Shown here: positions 62,557-64,000 of the stretch, in pieces
Numbering within the stretch: position 1 is the first letter of the stretch
Layout: every line of letters starts with the position of its first letter
Source: Moniliella sp. 'wahieum'
Taxonomy: Eukaryota
NCBI GenBank assembly: GCA_003971905.1
Contig: RSEE01000022.1
Span: 1-64,000 of the forward strand
DNA: 64,000 nt
Reading direction: 5' to 3'
Notes under the pieces: generated by a model
Databases searched by the model: none
What the model saw: the letters and a program-made list of their open reading frames with translations, nothing else
What the model was told of the DNA's origin: nothing
Made by a program: the position numbers and the translations under genes

Positions 62557-63372
62557 GATTAATGACGCATGGTGCATGATGAACGATGCACGTGGTGTAG
62601 TACTCACATCATGAATCCATCTCAGACTGTGAGTGTGTCGACACGTTTTTGTAGGCGAGGCGGGGAACAGCAGGGAACACATGCAACACATCTCTCCCTG
62701 GTTTGCCTCTTCCCGCCTCTTGATGCAGATGCTCTTCTCTGATCGATCTGAACGGATGAAGGGGGCCAGACACCATGGGCAGTGCTGCCACCATGCATCG
62801 CACATGTCACATGCCCACCAAACGACGCCAGCCGGGCCATCGGCCAGGCCAGGCCGTGTGAAGAGAGCGGGAGGACGATGGGAGCGTGTGGGAGCGGCTC
62901 TGCGGTCGCGATGGCGTTCTGAGCGGCACGTGATATGGCTGGGGAGTGTAGGCGGGTGTAGGCGAGTGTAGCGCCCCTCGAGGAAGAAGGGGTCCCGGTG
63001 CATGATCGGCGTGATCGGCTTGAACTTGACTTGATCGCTGTGCTGCGAGTGGCCCCGGGGCTCGCTGTGGGCTGCGCTGTGCTGCGCCCCAGCGCAGGCA
63101 GGCCAGGGCACAGCCGCCTCCGAGCAGCCGCACCGCGCCAGCGCTGCCCCCGTGCGGGGCCACCCACTTCGGCCGGTCTCAGCCAGCGGCCTGGAATGTC
63201 TGTGCTGTGGTGCTGGCGGGTGGCAGAAGTGCGCAGGGGGGCAGTGCCCGGATGTGCACAGCTCCGAGAGCATGCCGCTGGCACAGGGGCAGTGTCCGGG
63301 CGTGCTGGACGGCGTTCGGCTTATAACGCGTAACGCGACGCAAGGATCGTCTGCCCAGGCCACCCAAGCGAT

Positions 63373-63440
63373 GCCCTGCTCTGCCCTGCTCTGCCCTGCT
63401 CTGCCCTGCTCTGCCCTGCTCTGCCCTGCTCTGCTCTGCC
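63373..63440. repeat. (CCCTGCTCTG)n tandem repeat, ~6.5 copies
   Basis: Read directly. Confidence 0.9.
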
Positions 63441-63699
63441 CTTACGCCTTACGCGTTACGCTCTCCCACAGCAGCACCGCCTCGTCGCCCGCCGCCGCAC
63501 CACGCTGCACACCCTGCACAGACCACACACACGCGACATAAACCTAAGCTCAGTATTCAATCTCAACTTGCTTCGCCGGCCTTGCCACCCGTCTTCCTTC
63601 TGCCTCTTCTTCCTCCCAGCTCCTGAGCCCCCCTCCACGCTCCCTACCCCCCCACGTGCTGGGCCGTGCGCCCCTGCCAACCCCATAGCTGTCGCTCCC

Positions 63700-64000
63700 A
63701 TGCCCCTCCACCACGCCCCGCTGCCCACCCGCCGCCACGCCGCCTTCGCATCGGCTCGTCCCGCATATGCCCCTCGCGAAGACGGCGATGCCCACCACCA
63801 AAACGCCGGCGACAACAGCGCCCCATCTTCCTCGTCTAACGGCAGTGCTACCGGCAGCAGCGGCAGTACCCGCTCCTCTGGTGCTGATGCCACCGGCCGC
63901 GGGGCTGCCTCTGATTCCTCAGCTGCGTCCACCGGCGCCGGGTCCGACGCGTCCGCCCACGACTCCTCCTCGAGTTCGGATTCGGACGCGGGCTCGGGTT
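63700..64000 (+). CDS. 5' part of a Ser/Gly/Ala-rich protein running off the window
   Basis: Open frame MPLHHAPLPTRRHAAF...SSSSSDSDAGS with no stop before the edge, preceded by a pyrimidine-rich 5'UTR-like tract. Confidence 0.5.
   Translation, partial: MPLHHAPLPTRRHAAFASARPAYAPREDGDAHHQNAGDNSAPSSSSNGSATGSSGSTRSSGADATGRGAASDSSAASTGAGSDASAHDSSSSSDSDAGSG

Noticed and set aside
62545..63363. Cys/Ala-rich ORFs on both strands
   Set aside because: GC-rich sequence between repeat arrays with no domain or clear splice structure.

Overview
Eukaryotic, GC-rich fungal DNA, most like a basidiomycete (short GTACGT/GTGCGT...CTAAC...YAG introns and fungal gene families; the taxon is an inference). Many genes are broken by single-base indels, including histones and SPT16, so the assembly looks unpolished and CDS ends are approximate. 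Recognisable genes: RNase II/RNB (Dss1/CYT-4-like), SNG1/DUF3533 membrane protein, SREBP-type bHLH, tRNA-Val(CAC), SPT16, LEA_2-like membrane protein, a large C2H2+PHD protein, DID2/CHMP1, proteasome beta1, mitochondrial S13, aldo-keto reductase, IPNS-like 2OG-Fe(II) dioxygenase, TDA3-like FAD oxidoreductase, PRM10/ThrE, a divergent H2B-H2A pair and Rheb. There is also a solo LTR with a perfect 5-bp target-site duplication. The standout is a tRNA gene at 1525-1928 (anticodon TCT) whose halves are separated by a 331-nt intron at the canonical 37/38 position. The intron ends pair colinearly and its interior is helix-rich, suggesting a structured ncRNA carried inside a tRNA intron. Intergenic DNA carries recurrent clusters of short palindromic motifs.
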